64,000 nt of DNA from Thermoplasmata archaeon. GTDB lineage: Archaea > Thermoplasmatota > Thermoplasmata > UBA10834. This document shows, in pieces, positions 9,132 to 19,756 of this stretch. The notes under the pieces were generated by a model that was not told where the DNA came from, made no database searches, and saw only the letters and a program-made list of their open reading frames with translations. How positions within the stretch are numbered: position 1 is the first letter of the stretch; each line of letters opens with the position of its first letter. The DNA is taken from positions 23,542 to 87,541 of the forward strand of contig JAWCKF010000001.1 in the NCBI GenBank assembly GCA_038852315.1, read 5' to 3'. Both the position numbers and the translations under genes were made by a program.

Positions 9132-10916
9132 GTGACAGAAGAATCGAAAGGTGATGGGAGATCTACAGGTGCGGTCGAAGGGATAAGATGGTTCGACTGG
9201 TCTGCAGAGCCGTTCGAGCTCGCGAGGGATTCCGGGAAGCTCGTCCTGCTCGACCTCACGGCCACATGGTGTCATTGGTGCCATGTGATGGACGAGACCA
9301 CCTATTCGGACCCTCGAGTAGTCGCAGTGATCAACAGGAGCTTCGTGCCGGTCCGTGTGGATATCGACAGGAGGCCTGATGTTTCCGAGAGGTACAACAG
9401 GGGCGGTTTCCCGACAACCGCTTTCCTCTCCGACAAGGGAGAGTCGATCTGGGGCGCGACCTACATACCCCCAGTGGACATGCTGCGGATAATGGATTCC
9501 CTTCTGAACGCAAAGGCGGCAGGAGAGATAGACCGCGCACTAGAGCGGCTTCGCAACAGCAGCACAGAAGAACGGATGGGGCAAAGGAGCATATCCCCGG
9601 TTTCATACGAGCAGATGGACGATATGTTCGAGGATTTGTTCGCCACCTACGATTTGGAGAACGGCGGATTCGGGACGGCCCCCAAGTTCCCACAGCCCGA
9701 CATGCTCGACCTCGTCCTCACGAGATACTTGTGGACGTCCGACGAGGAATTAGGGGACGCGGTGATATCGACTCTTGAGAGGATGGTGGCTGGGCTTTAC
9801 GATGGAGTGGAAGGCGGCATATTCAGGTACTCGGTCACGGCCGATTGGATGACGCCACACTACGAGAAGATGCTGGAGACAAACGCAGGATTCCTCAGGA
9901 ACCTGCTCCATGTCAAGCTGGCGACCGGCACAGATGCTTTTGATCCCGTGATTCTCGGGACCATCGGGTACATCAACGGCACGCTCCGCGACGACGCGAG
10001 CGGGGGTTTCTACGCGAGCCAGGACGCCGACGAGGAGTACTATTCCCTGAATGCCCAGGAGCGGAGGAAGAGGTCGCCGCCGAGGGTCGACAGGACGATG
10101 TATGCCGGGTGGAACGCCATGGTCGCGAAGGCTCTCGTACTCGCAGGCAAGGTTCTATCCGACAAGGCCGTCGGTGAGCTCGGCCTCCGGACCTTCGAGA
10201 TGGTCTCGTCGAGGCTGATGGATAGCGATCTCGGACTCGTACGCCATGCGGAGGACCAGGAACTTCACATCTTCGAGGACCAGGTAGCCTATTTGGACGC
10301 GCTCTTAGGGGTCATGGAGCTGACAGGAGATGGCGCTCTGAACGAGCGTGCGGTGGCGTTGGTGACCGCGGTAGAAAGAGAGTTTGCCCACCCCGACGGC
10401 GGCTTCGGCGACATCAGGGTCTCTCCGGACGCTATAGGCGCGCTCGACACGCCGCTCAGGTCACCGGTCGACAACGCTAGATGGGCGATGAGTCTCATCC
10501 GCCTGGCGGCCATGACGAACCGAAGTGAGCTGCTCGCCAAAGCAGAGCATGTCCTTGATTCGTTCGGCCGGGAAGAGCTCGATGCATACGGTGTACTCAT
10601 AGCAGAATACATCACGGCCCGCAGTGTACTCGCCCGTGGGGCCGTTACGGTTGAGATACACATGCCTGAGGGGGGCGCTCAGCAAACGGACGCGCTCTGG
10701 ATGGGCGCAAAGAGCGCCTGTGATCCTGGGACAGTCATATCAAGGGTGCGAGACGACTACGCCACGAAGCCGTTCGCTGTCGTGTGCTCAAGATCCGGTT
10801 GCTCAGGCAAACTACATGATGCAGAGGAAGTGAGAGAGCGCGTCCTCGCCGAGGTCAGGAAGTTGTTCCAGGAAGCGCAATCTGCCACAGGCACGATACG
10901 CGCATCCTCTAAATAG
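9132..10916 (+). CDS. Thioredoxin-domain protein, YyaL/SSP411 (DUF255) family (start uncertain)
   Basis: WCHWCHVM, GGFPTT, GGFGTAPKFP, PHYEKML, GGFYASQDAD motifs. Confidence 0.88.
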   Translation: MTEESKGDGRSTGAVEGIRWFDWSAEPFELARDSGKLVLLDLTATWCHWCHVMDETTYSDPRVVAVINRSFVPVRVDIDRRPDVSERYNRGGFPTTAFLSDKGESIWGATYIPPVDMLRIMDSLLNAKAAGEIDRALERLRNSSTEERMGQRSISPVSYEQMDDMFEDLFATYDLENGGFGTAPKFPQPDMLDLVLTRYLWTSDEELGDAVISTLERMVAGLYDGVEGGIFRYSVTADWMTPHYEKMLETNAGFLRNLLHVKLATGTDAFDPVILGTIGYINGTLRDDASGGFYASQDADEEYYSLNAQERRKRSPPRVDRTMYAGWNAMVAKALVLAGKVLSDKAVGELGLRTFEMVSSRLMDSDLGLVRHAEDQELHIFEDQVAYLDALLGVMELTGDGALNERAVALVTAVEREFAHPDGGFGDIRVSPDAIGALDTPLRSPVDNARWAMSLIRLAAMTNRSELLAKAEHVLDSFGREELDAYGVLIAEYITARSVLARGAVTVEIHMPEGGAQQTDALWMGAKSACDPGTVISRVRDDYATKPFAVVCSRSGCSGKLHDAEEVRERVLAEVRKLFQEAQSATGTIRASSK

Positions 10917-10948
10917 CCGTCATAATCATGACGTGCTGGGTTCAAAGC

Positions 10949-11515
10949 ATGTCCAAGAAGGCGCGGCTCATTCCGCGCAAGATCCTCTCAAGCGATGAGC
11001 GTGTCGTGTTCGAATCGCGTCCCAGTGCTTGGCTGTACATGAAATCGGCCGCCCTGGCTTTCATTGTGATGCTCGCGGCCTTGGCCGTGTTCGCGTGGCC
11101 ATGGGTCCCGGGCGCTCCTGAGCTGCCCTACGTAACCGACGCGTTTGAGCGGGAAGACTACGGAGATGTGCTGCACTGGGCATTCGCCGGCATAGCGGTC
11201 ATGGCCATGTTGTATTTCATCGCTCGATGGCTCAAATGGAGCAGCACAGTCTACGCGGCCACGGACGAGAGGCTCATAAAACAAAAAGGGATACTGAACA
11301 AGGTGTACGAGGACATCCCGGTGACAATGATAACCAACATAGACCTCGCCCAGTCATTGGGCAAGCGCGCACTCGGCTATGGCACCATGATATTCTCGAC
11401 ACAAGGCTTGGGCGGGAAGAAGGCGGATATGGTATGGGAGGCCGTCCCTGACCCCCTGACAGTAAGGAGGAAGATTCAGGAGGTCATGGACACGAGGTCG
11501 AAGCCGAGGATTTAG
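10949..11515 (+). CDS. bPH_2 (bacterial PH) domain membrane protein
   Basis: Two TM helices followed by YAATDERLIKQKGIL...QSLGKRALGYGT. Confidence 0.75.
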   Translation: MSKKARLIPRKILSSDERVVFESRPSAWLYMKSAALAFIVMLAALAVFAWPWVPGAPELPYVTDAFEREDYGDVLHWAFAGIAVMAMLYFIARWLKWSSTVYAATDERLIKQKGILNKVYEDIPVTMITNIDLAQSLGKRALGYGTMIFSTQGLGGKKADMVWEAVPDPLTVRRKIQEVMDTRSKPRI

Positions 11516-11630
11516 ATTCCGTGGCGCCGAACCCGACTTGTTCGGGAAAGCGGATAACCCCTAGACAGCCCCTGCGGTGTCGTCGTCTTAGATGAAGACG
11601 CCCACCTGGGCTCAAAGGGAGGGTGAACTG

Positions 11631-13514
11631 TTGACTTCTGCAGATGTTGTTAGGGACGGGCCAGCGAAAGCATTCATGCTGTGCAACGAAGCCATAGTCA
11701 GAGGGGCCTTAGAGGCTGACGTGAAGGTGGTGTCAGCTTATCCGGGTTCTCCGACTACCGAGATACTCGATACATTCTCTGAGGTGCTCTCGCACTTCGA
11801 TTACAAGATGGAGATAGCCTCGAACGAGAAGGTCGCACTCGAGACCTGTGCCGGCGCGGCCATGGCGGGCCTCAGGTCTATATGCAGCATGAAGAGCGTC
11901 GGGATGAACGTCGCATCCGACTCGTTCTTCTCGCTTTCGTACACTGGCGTGAAGGGCGGCATGGTAGTCGTGATGGCCGACGACCCGCACGCTCATTCCT
12001 CGCAGACAGAACAGGATGGGCGGGCGTTCGGCCCGAACGCGTACGTGCCCATGTTGGAGCCCTCGGACCCGTCCGAGGCAAAGGCGATGGTCAAGTCAGC
12101 GTTTGAGCTTTCCGAGAGGTACGGTGTGCCGATTTTGATTCGCACCAGTACGAGGGTGAGCCATCAGAGCGGTATCGTGGAACTGGACAAGATTGACCGA
12201 AAGCCATTCGAGAAGAGAGAATGGGACCACCCGCCAGGGAGATTCGTGACAGTCGCGGAGGCCGCCCGAAAGTTCAAGCTCGCGATGCTGGAGAGAACCG
12301 CGAGGGTGGCAGAGGAGTTCGAGTCCTCGTCCTTCAACATGATGGACGATGAGGGGACCGATTTCGGAATCGTTGCCAGCGGGGCCGGATACAACTACGC
12401 TGTCGAGGCATGCAGGATCCTAGGCATCAGGGCGTCCGTGCTGAAGCTCGGCACGACCTATCCGCTACCGAGGAAGCTTGTAGCGCGGTTCCTCAGCAAG
12501 CTCAAGACGGTCATGATTGTAGAGGAGCTGCAGCCATACCTCGAGCTGCATGTGACCGCAATCGCCAAGGACGCCAACCCTTCGGTCAGGATAGCGGGCA
12601 AATGGACGGGGCATTTTAGCGAGGCGCTCGAGTACAACCCCAACATCGTGGCATCTGCGGTGGCGAAGGTTCTTGGTGTCAGCACCCCAGTCGACTACGA
12701 TGCGTTACTCGCGGAGGCGGAGGAGCTGAAGAAAGGACTCCCGGACAGACCTCCGACCTTCTGTCCCGGATGCCCTCACCGGGCGACACTTCACGCGCTG
12801 CTGCAGGCAACGAAGGGGACCAGACACATACTCGCAACCGACATAGGATGCTACTCGATGAGCTTCCTGCCGCCGCTAGAGTACGGCGACACGTTGCTGA
12901 GCATGGGCGCGTGCATGGGGGTCGCTGCGGGCCTGCAGTACGCGGCCAAGGAGAAGGTGGTAGCCATGATAGGCGACTCCACGTTCTGGCACGCAGGCCT
13001 TCCCGGTCTGGTGAACGCCATCCATCATGGTAACGACTTCACGCTGATCATACTCGACAACGAAGTCACGGCGATGACGGGACAGCAGCCAGACCCTGGC
13101 AGGGACTACAACGCAGGTGGACAGCCGGCCAAGCCCCTGGTGCTAGAGGAGGTCATACGTGCCATGGGCATATCGGACATCACCATCGTCGATCCGTATC
13201 AGGTCAAGGCGGCCGTCGGGCCCATCAAGGAGGCTCTGGCGAGGAAGGGGCCGAACGTCATCATATCGCGCAGGGCGTGCGCCTTGTACGCCGACAGGAA
13301 CAAGCGCAGACGCGGGGAGGCAATACAGTCGAACAAGGTGGACAAGGACACCTGCAGGCGGCCTTACACATGTATCAGGAGCTTCCACTGCCCTGCGATA
13401 TCCATCGACGACGATGATAGGAAGGCCGTCATCTCGAAGGAGCTATGCGACAGGTGCGATGTGTGCGCGAAGCTGTGCCCCTTTGGCTCCATCAGGCTGA
13501 GGGAGGGCGAATGA
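11631..13514 (+). CDS. iorA: Indolepyruvate:ferredoxin oxidoreductase alpha subunit (TTG 11631 with GGGTGA SD; ATG 11592 alternative)
   Basis: NEAIVRG, YPGSPTTE, NEKVALE, RPPTFCPGCPH, DIGCY, GDSTF..LDN..TAMTG and a C-terminal ferredoxin-like Cys domain. Confidence 0.93.
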   Translation: MTSADVVRDGPAKAFMLCNEAIVRGALEADVKVVSAYPGSPTTEILDTFSEVLSHFDYKMEIASNEKVALETCAGAAMAGLRSICSMKSVGMNVASDSFFSLSYTGVKGGMVVVMADDPHAHSSQTEQDGRAFGPNAYVPMLEPSDPSEAKAMVKSAFELSERYGVPILIRTSTRVSHQSGIVELDKIDRKPFEKREWDHPPGRFVTVAEAARKFKLAMLERTARVAEEFESSSFNMMDDEGTDFGIVASGAGYNYAVEACRILGIRASVLKLGTTYPLPRKLVARFLSKLKTVMIVEELQPYLELHVTAIAKDANPSVRIAGKWTGHFSEALEYNPNIVASAVAKVLGVSTPVDYDALLAEAEELKKGLPDRPPTFCPGCPHRATLHALLQATKGTRHILATDIGCYSMSFLPPLEYGDTLLSMGACMGVAAGLQYAAKEKVVAMIGDSTFWHAGLPGLVNAIHHGNDFTLIILDNEVTAMTGQQPDPGRDYNAGGQPAKPLVLEEVIRAMGISDITIVDPYQVKAAVGPIKEALARKGPNVIISRRACALYADRNKRRRGEAIQSNKVDKDTCRRPYTCIRSFHCPAISIDDDDRKAVISKELCDRCDVCAKLCPFGSIRLREGE

Positions 13515-13515
13515 G

Positions 13516-14160
13516 ATGCCCGAGAGCGAGTTCAGCGTCTACATGGCCGGCGTGGGAGGGCAGGGACTCGTGCTTCTCTCGAACGTCATAGGGTCCGCAT
13601 GCGCCGCCGCTGGCATCAGGGCGATCACGGGGGAGCAACACGGTCTGTCGCAGAGGAGCGGCTCGATAAACGTGCATCTGAGAATAGGAGAGCGGGTGCG
13701 TTCCCCGCTGATACCTGTCGGAGGCGCGGACGCGATCCTGGCCCTCGAAGCCCTAGAGGCACTGCGCTACGTCGAGTACCTCAGACGGGGAGGAGTGGTC
13801 CTGATGAACTCAAGGGTGCAGCACCCGGTCATCGAAACGGCCGCACACATGAAGGATAGGTCCGCCAGATACATGTCGGCCGAGGACGTGCGACAGAGGC
13901 TGTCGAAAGTCACTGACAAGATAGCCGTCCTGGACGCCCTGGCCATCGCCAGACAGGCCGGGAACCCACTGACCGAGAACATCGTCATGCTGGGTGCTCT
14001 CAGCACGCTGGAGGCCTTCCCGGTACCGGAGGAGGCTCTTAGGATGGCAGTGGCGGAGACCGTTCCGAAGAAGGCGGTCGAGGTCAACCTCAGGGCCTTC
14101 GAACTGGGCAAGGCAGCCGCACGCGAGATGCTCTGCAATATGGTTAAGTGTAGAGACTGA
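13516..14160 (+). CDS. iorB: Indolepyruvate:ferredoxin oxidoreductase beta subunit
   Basis: GVGGQG, HGLSQRSGS, LEALEALR, NIVMLG, NLRAFELG. Confidence 0.92.
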   Translation: MPESEFSVYMAGVGGQGLVLLSNVIGSACAAAGIRAITGEQHGLSQRSGSINVHLRIGERVRSPLIPVGGADAILALEALEALRYVEYLRRGGVVLMNSRVQHPVIETAAHMKDRSARYMSAEDVRQRLSKVTDKIAVLDALAIARQAGNPLTENIVMLGALSTLEAFPVPEEALRMAVAETVPKKAVEVNLRAFELGKAAAREMLCNMVKCRD

Positions 14161-14187
14161 GTTGTCCCAGTTGTCCCGGCGAGCATC

Positions 14188-15114
14188 ATGAAGAAGGCCA
14201 GGTTCGTGAGGGTCGATGTGTTCGCCAAGAGGCCCTTCGGGGGCAATCCCTTGGCGGTTTTCCCCGATGCCAGAGGACTAACCCCGAGGGAGATGCAGCT
14301 CCTCGCAAAGGAGATGAACCTCTCTGAGACGACCTTCGTGCTGCCGCCCAGCAAACGATCGGGTGCGGACTTCAGAGTGAGGATATTCGTGCCTGACATG
14401 GAGATACCCTATGCTGGGCATCCTACGATAGGCACCTTCTATGTGCTCGCTAAAGAGGGGCGCATTCAGCTTCGTTCACCTGTCACGACAGTCAAGATGG
14501 AGGTCAAGGCGGGTGTGATGCCCGTCGAGATACACTCCTCGAAGGGCAAGATAACCAAGGTGGTGACAGTTCAGAACAGGCCCGTGTTCGGGACCGCGTT
14601 CGAGGATGTCCGGCCCTTCGCGGATGCGCTTTCACTGAACATGTCCGACTTCGACACTGCGAGGATGCCCGTTCAGCTGGTCTCCACCGGTCTTCCCTGG
14701 GTGATCGTGCCTGTCCGGAGTAGGAAGGCCGTGGAGAAGGCGTCGGCGAACGCAGCAGCCTTCGCTGAGGCGATCAAGCCTCTACCGAAGGGTGTTGTCG
14801 ACCTCTACGTCACCTGCCTCGATCCCTTGGAGCGTGGCAGCACCGCCCATTCGCGCGGCTTCTCCCTCGTATCGAAGAACGTCGTCGAGGACCCTGCCAC
14901 TGGCAGCGCGAGCGGCTGCCTGGGAGCGTATCTTGTCGCGAGGAGACTGGTCAAGGCCGAGAGAATCGTGAGGATAGTCAACGAGCAGGGCTACGAACTC
15001 GGACGGCCTAGCAGGATAGAGGTGGAGGTTCGCACGTCCCATGACGGATACCCGGAGCTTGTGAAGGTCGGAGGCCCCGTAGTTCACATGATGGATGGCG
15101 TGGCCTATCTCTGA
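14188..15114 (+). CDS. PhzF-family isomerase/epimerase
   Basis: VDVF...GNPLAV, NLSETTF, EIPYAGHP, EDPATGS, EQGYELGRPS. Confidence 0.9.
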   Translation: MKKARFVRVDVFAKRPFGGNPLAVFPDARGLTPREMQLLAKEMNLSETTFVLPPSKRSGADFRVRIFVPDMEIPYAGHPTIGTFYVLAKEGRIQLRSPVTTVKMEVKAGVMPVEIHSSKGKITKVVTVQNRPVFGTAFEDVRPFADALSLNMSDFDTARMPVQLVSTGLPWVIVPVRSRKAVEKASANAAAFAEAIKPLPKGVVDLYVTCLDPLERGSTAHSRGFSLVSKNVVEDPATGSASGCLGAYLVARRLVKAERIVRIVNEQGYELGRPSRIEVEVRTSHDGYPELVKVGGPVVHMMDGVAYL

Positions 15115-15119
15115 GGCGA

Positions 15120-17684
15120 TCAGTCAGCCTTGGGAAGCTGCACCCTGAACACAGTACCCTTCGTGTGATCCCCTGGCACCCTGTCCTCGAGCCATACCTT
15201 ACCATGGTACCTCGCTGACAGGTTCTTCACTATGTGCAGGCCCATGCCCGAGCCCCGCTTGCTGGACGCCTTCGAAAACCTGTCGAAGACTATCGGCTTC
15301 ACCTCGTCGGGTATGCCCTGACCGTGATCGGCTATCGAGACGATCCAGCCCTTCGACCCTCCCTCTTCCTCGGCGGGCTTCACGGAGACCTCTATCTCCA
15401 CGAGCTCGTGGGGGTCGTACTTGATGGCGTTCGTCAGGAGGTTGATGAAAAGCTCCCGGATGAGGTCGTCGGCGTTCGTGTAGTAGGTTCGCTCCTCGAT
15501 ATCGCCGCGGAAGGTGATCTTCCTGCCCGGATAGTACTGTGCGACCGACTTCTTACACTCCTGGATGACCTTTCCGATGTCCACCTTGTACAGCTCCTCC
15601 TCTGCGAACGCCATGCGCGACATGGTCCTGACGTTGGCGGCGAGCCACATAGTGTTCGAGACCTGCTCCGAGATCCTGTCGAGCAGCTGGGTCACATCGC
15701 TGCCCTTCAGCCTCATCCGCAGAAGGTCCAGATACCCCATTATCGCCTGGTTGTAGTTCTTTATGTCGTGCGAGAGCACGTCCGTGTAGAGCTCTGCCTT
15801 CGCCCTGCTTTCGACATGCTCCTGGAAGACCCTGGCGTTCTCTATGGCTATCCCGGCGAGGCTCGCGAATATCTCGATTATCTCGACCGTCTCCGCATCA
15901 GGTATCTTGTCGTCCCTGGGCTTCAGAATCTCGATGTAGGCGATGGCGTTGCCCTTGCTGTCGAAGATGAATGTGTCTATGTAGTCGAGTTCGTGCCAGT
16001 ACCCCTTGCCTTTCCTGGGCATCCTGATGGCGTCGGCGTCCGGGTAGTATATCATCTCCTGGGCGGTGAGCGTGACGCTCTCGGCGGGCATGTAGTACGA
16101 CATCCTGCCGATCTTCCTCCTCCACCTGACGAGACCCGGTACTGACAACGAGGGCGACGGACTGTGGATCGCGTCGACGAGGGGTATGCTGTAGCCGAGC
16201 TTCTTGATCTCCTCGGCTGTCTTCGGGGGATATCCGTACACGGCCTCGACTCTGTACTCCCCGAGCTCCGGGTGTTTCACTCCTATGACCATCCTCCTGA
16301 TCCCCAGGAGCTGCGCGAGGGTCTTGAGCAGGCTGTCCAGCATCTTATCGAGGTCCCTCACGTACATCAGGCTCGATGTCATGTCGAGTATCCTTGAGAG
16401 CTGCTCCGTCCTCTGGTTGCTGAGTCTCAGCGCGGTCTCCCTCTCGTTCGAGAGCCTCGCATTCTCGATGGCGACCTCCGCGAGGGCGGTGAAGATCTCC
16501 ATAGTTTCGATCGTCTCCTTGTCTGGGAGCCTCCCGTCCCTCGGCTGCGAGGGGTACAGCACGCCGACGATCCTGCCAGTGGCGTCGTGGAGAGAGAAGG
16601 CCAGGCAGTCGTAGGGCCTGAACTCCCCCTGGGCGCGTGTGGAAGGATCGAACCTGACACCCTGCTCCGGCCGGATGACGAAGTTCGCCAGCTGGCGCGG
16701 GGTCATGTCCTCTTCCTTCGTGTAGTAGACCGACCGGCCTATGCGACGGCTCTCCTTGAGGTCTTCCAGGATGACGTCGGTGGGGATCGTCCGGTCGGCC
16801 ACGTCCCGCACCGCCTCCGGCGGGTAGCCGAACAGGGCGGCCCACTTGAACATGCCCTCCGCCTCGTCGTAGATGACGAGAGATACCCTGGAGAAGCCGA
16901 ACAGCGAAGACACGGAGGAGAGTATCATGTGCCAGAGCTTCTGAGGCTCACGCTCGGATACGACTGACGAGGCGATCTTCAGCAGATCCTCGAGCAGCTC
17001 GGCCCTCTGAAGCGATTTGGTGGCGGCGGCCGCCCGCCTGAGCCTCATCTTTTCCCGGAGCATCGCGACCGCCGCCAAGCTGATGAAAGGCTCGATCATC
17101 TCGAGCGACTCCTTCGATAGCAGCCTGTCATCCCTCGAGTATCCCAGCTCGAACCACGCCATCAGATGGCCGTCGGGGGCGTTGATGAGGAACTCGTAGG
17201 AGTCGCCTTCGAGCCACTCATCTGCGACCCTCTGGACGTCGCGCAGTCGCTCAGGCCTCTTGTAGTACGCAGGGGTGTTGAGGAACCTGTCCTCGTCCGC
17301 GAGGGCCAACCAAACATCTGCACTGATGAAGTAGCCCCGCTGAGTCACCCTTTGTCCCATCTCGACCATCCGGCTGATGAGGTCGGTAGGATAGAAGTCG
17401 GCCATCATGGTCTCCTGTATGGCCCTGACGCTGTCCTCCGGGTAGCCATGGAACAACCAGGGCAACGTCCTCCTCACCTCCTCGTCCAGCGTCCGGAGTA
17501 TCATGTGGGTGACACCGAACAGCTCGTCGATCGAGGTCACGATCTCCTCCATCACCTTGGGGAGGGGCTCGTCCCTGGCTATCGCGTCTGCTAGCGAGGA
17601 AAGCCTGGCCGCCGCGCGTACGACGACCTCCGATGCGAGGGGGCTCGAGCTCGTGCCGGTTTGGCCTGTCATGGGAGGAATCAC
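15120..17684 (-). CDS. Soluble sensor histidine kinase with three tandem GAF-like domains
   Basis: H-box LSHDIKN, N-box NLLTNAIKY, DHGQGI, F-box, GSGMGL; GAF units ending AIENAR; no TM helices evident. Confidence 0.88.
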   Translation of the reverse strand: MIPPMTGQTGTSSSPLASEVVVRAAARLSSLADAIARDEPLPKVMEEIVTSIDELFGVTHMILRTLDEEVRRTLPWLFHGYPEDSVRAIQETMMADFYPTDLISRMVEMGQRVTQRGYFISADVWLALADEDRFLNTPAYYKRPERLRDVQRVADEWLEGDSYEFLINAPDGHLMAWFELGYSRDDRLLSKESLEMIEPFISLAAVAMLREKMRLRRAAAATKSLQRAELLEDLLKIASSVVSEREPQKLWHMILSSVSSLFGFSRVSLVIYDEAEGMFKWAALFGYPPEAVRDVADRTIPTDVILEDLKESRRIGRSVYYTKEEDMTPRQLANFVIRPEQGVRFDPSTRAQGEFRPYDCLAFSLHDATGRIVGVLYPSQPRDGRLPDKETIETMEIFTALAEVAIENARLSNERETALRLSNQRTEQLSRILDMTSSLMYVRDLDKMLDSLLKTLAQLLGIRRMVIGVKHPELGEYRVEAVYGYPPKTAEEIKKLGYSIPLVDAIHSPSPSLSVPGLVRWRRKIGRMSYYMPAESVTLTAQEMIYYPDADAIRMPRKGKGYWHELDYIDTFIFDSKGNAIAYIEILKPRDDKIPDAETVEIIEIFASLAGIAIENARVFQEHVESRAKAELYTDVLSHDIKNYNQAIMGYLDLLRMRLKGSDVTQLLDRISEQVSNTMWLAANVRTMSRMAFAEEELYKVDIGKVIQECKKSVAQYYPGRKITFRGDIEERTYYTNADDLIRELFINLLTNAIKYDPHELVEIEVSVKPAEEEGGSKGWIVSIADHGQGIPDEVKPIVFDRFSKASSKRGSGMGLHIVKNLSARYHGKVWLEDRVPGDHTKGTVFRVQLPKAD

Positions 17685-17851
17685 CGACGGGCTTGGCAGG
17701 TGGTAGCTGGTTGTGGATTGCAGTCAGCTCTATATATAACGGCCACTTGCAAGTATCGCAAGCAGCCCCGGGAAGCCAGTCGATGTTCTGCACAATCCTT
17801 ATCTAACGATTTCGCGGTAGGGCCGCATCGCGCAAAGCGGAGGATGCGGAT

Positions 17852-18337
17852 TTGGCGGACCTGAAGCAGATAATCGCGACTGCGATAGAGTTCGAGAAGT
17901 TCGGAGTGGAGTACTATCTCAGGTTCCACGACCTTGTGGCGGATGAGAAGGCAAAGCCGCTCATGAAGGGGCTCGCTGACGACGAGAGGGAGCATGCCAG
18001 GATACTCGAGGAGCAGCTGAGGATGCTAGGGGGCAAGGCGAGGGCTCCCTCGAAGGAGGAGCTGAAGAAAGGGCTGAAGGAGATCTTCCCGGAGGACGTC
18101 AGGAGGGGATCTCTGGCCACCAAGGACGCCATCTCGGCGCTGAAGCTCGGCATCAGGACCGAGGAACGGTCGATCGAGTACTACTCCAAGAACGCAGCCG
18201 CGGCGGGCCCGAAGCTGAAGGAGATCTTCTCCCGGCTGGAGAAGATGGAGCGGGGCCACCTTGAGCTGCTGACTGAGAACCTGCGGTATCTGGAAGACGA
18301 CGGGGTCTGGTACGGCTACGTGCCGTTCCTCGACTGA
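17852..18337 (+). CDS. Ferritin-like/rubrerythrin-family di-iron protein
   Basis: AIEFEK..EYY, DEREH, EERSIEYY, MERGH (paired ExxH). Confidence 0.85.
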   Translation: MADLKQIIATAIEFEKFGVEYYLRFHDLVADEKAKPLMKGLADDEREHARILEEQLRMLGGKARAPSKEELKKGLKEIFPEDVRRGSLATKDAISALKLGIRTEERSIEYYSKNAAAAGPKLKEIFSRLEKMERGHLELLTENLRYLEDDGVWYGYVPFLD

Positions 18338-18414
18338 CGGGTGGCTGCCTGCTTCGGGGCGTAGCCCAAAGTATTTCTCAACGCTAGCTATCCTGAACCC
18401 GAGGATTGGTGAGC

Positions 18415-19668
18415 GTGGCTCATGTCGTCCCTTTCGAGGCTGTGAGGTACAACACATCGAGGTTCGGAAGGGACCTCACGAGGTTCGTAGCGCCGCCGTA
18501 CGACGTGATAGATCCGTCATTGGAGAAGGCCCTGAAGCAGGACAGGCTCAACATAACCTACATCACCCTCGGAGACCGAGGGGACGGGTATGCGCTGGCC
18601 GCCCAGAGGCTCCGGACATGGCTCTGCGACAAGGTCCTAGTCAGGGACGAGGGCAAGTGCTTCTACATGTACGAGCAGACCTTCGCTGGCCCGGACGGGC
18701 GCCCGCGCGTGAGGTGGGGGCTAGTGGGGCTCATCAGACTGGAGGACTTCGAGTCCGGGGTCATCATGCCGCACGAGAGGACCATACCCAAGCACAGGGC
18801 GGACAGACTGGCGCTTCTTAGGGCGGTCAAGGGCAACATGGAGCAGGTCTTCATGCTGTACTCCGACCCCTCCGGGGAGATAGACTCTCTCCTGAGGGAG
18901 GCGAGGACGCGAGAGGAGGAGCTTAGGTTCGTTGATCACGACGGCGTTGGCCATAGAATCGTCCGGCTGGCGGAGCCCTCCACTGTCCAGCACATCACCG
19001 ATCGGTTCACCGACATACCCCTTCTGATAGCTGATGGCCACCACAGGTACGAGACTGCGCTGGAGTACAGGGACATGATGCGTTCTTTGGAGGGGAAGAG
19101 CGGAGAGAAGCCTTACGACTTCATACTCGGCACTATGGTGAGTTCCGCCAATCCCGGGCTGATCGTGTTTCCCACTCACAGGCTGGTTCGGGCGGTCGAT
19201 GAGAGGCTGTTGGCCGACCTCCCGAGGCGGCTCGAGGAAGAGTTCGTGCTATCGTCCTTCGAGACGCCCGACGAACTGGCCTCTGCGGTCGAGACGGCGG
19301 AGGGGGCCGCGTTCGGCGTCTGGGTGCCGAGCTCAAACACGATGCTGTTGGCGACGCGGAAACACAAGACTCTTGCGGGGAACCCGATGGAGGACCTGCC
19401 CGTCTACATCGTGCAGGAGATGGTGCTGAAGAGACTACTCGGATATACTGACCAGATGCTCGACTCGAAGGTCAACATCGAGTATGTGAAAGGGACGGGC
19501 CCCGCAAAGGACGCCATGTCCACGGACCAGTATCAGGCCTGCTTCTTCCTGAAACCTCCGACAGTCGCACAGGTCATGGCCGTTGCGAGGACCGGCCAGA
19601 AGTTGCCCCACAAGTCTACATACTTCTACCCCAAGATCTGGTCCGGCGCCCTCATGTACCTTTTCTGA
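18415..19668 (+). CDS. DUF1015 family protein (ParB/Srx-like fold; start 18406-18415)
   Basis: APPYDVI, PHERT, IADGHHRYETA, PTHR, KSTYFYPK. Confidence 0.88.
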   Translation: MAHVVPFEAVRYNTSRFGRDLTRFVAPPYDVIDPSLEKALKQDRLNITYITLGDRGDGYALAAQRLRTWLCDKVLVRDEGKCFYMYEQTFAGPDGRPRVRWGLVGLIRLEDFESGVIMPHERTIPKHRADRLALLRAVKGNMEQVFMLYSDPSGEIDSLLREARTREEELRFVDHDGVGHRIVRLAEPSTVQHITDRFTDIPLLIADGHHRYETALEYRDMMRSLEGKSGEKPYDFILGTMVSSANPGLIVFPTHRLVRAVDERLLADLPRRLEEEFVLSSFETPDELASAVETAEGAAFGVWVPSSNTMLLATRKHKTLAGNPMEDLPVYIVQEMVLKRLLGYTDQMLDSKVNIEYVKGTGPAKDAMSTDQYQACFFLKPPTVAQVMAVARTGQKLPHKSTYFYPKIWSGALMYLF

Positions 19669-19756
19669 TGGAATCTGTCGCGACGCGACGGACGCGACAC
19701 GGTCAAGCAGTACAAGCAGTAAATAGACGATTCGCGATAAGCCGCCGGGTGAGCGG

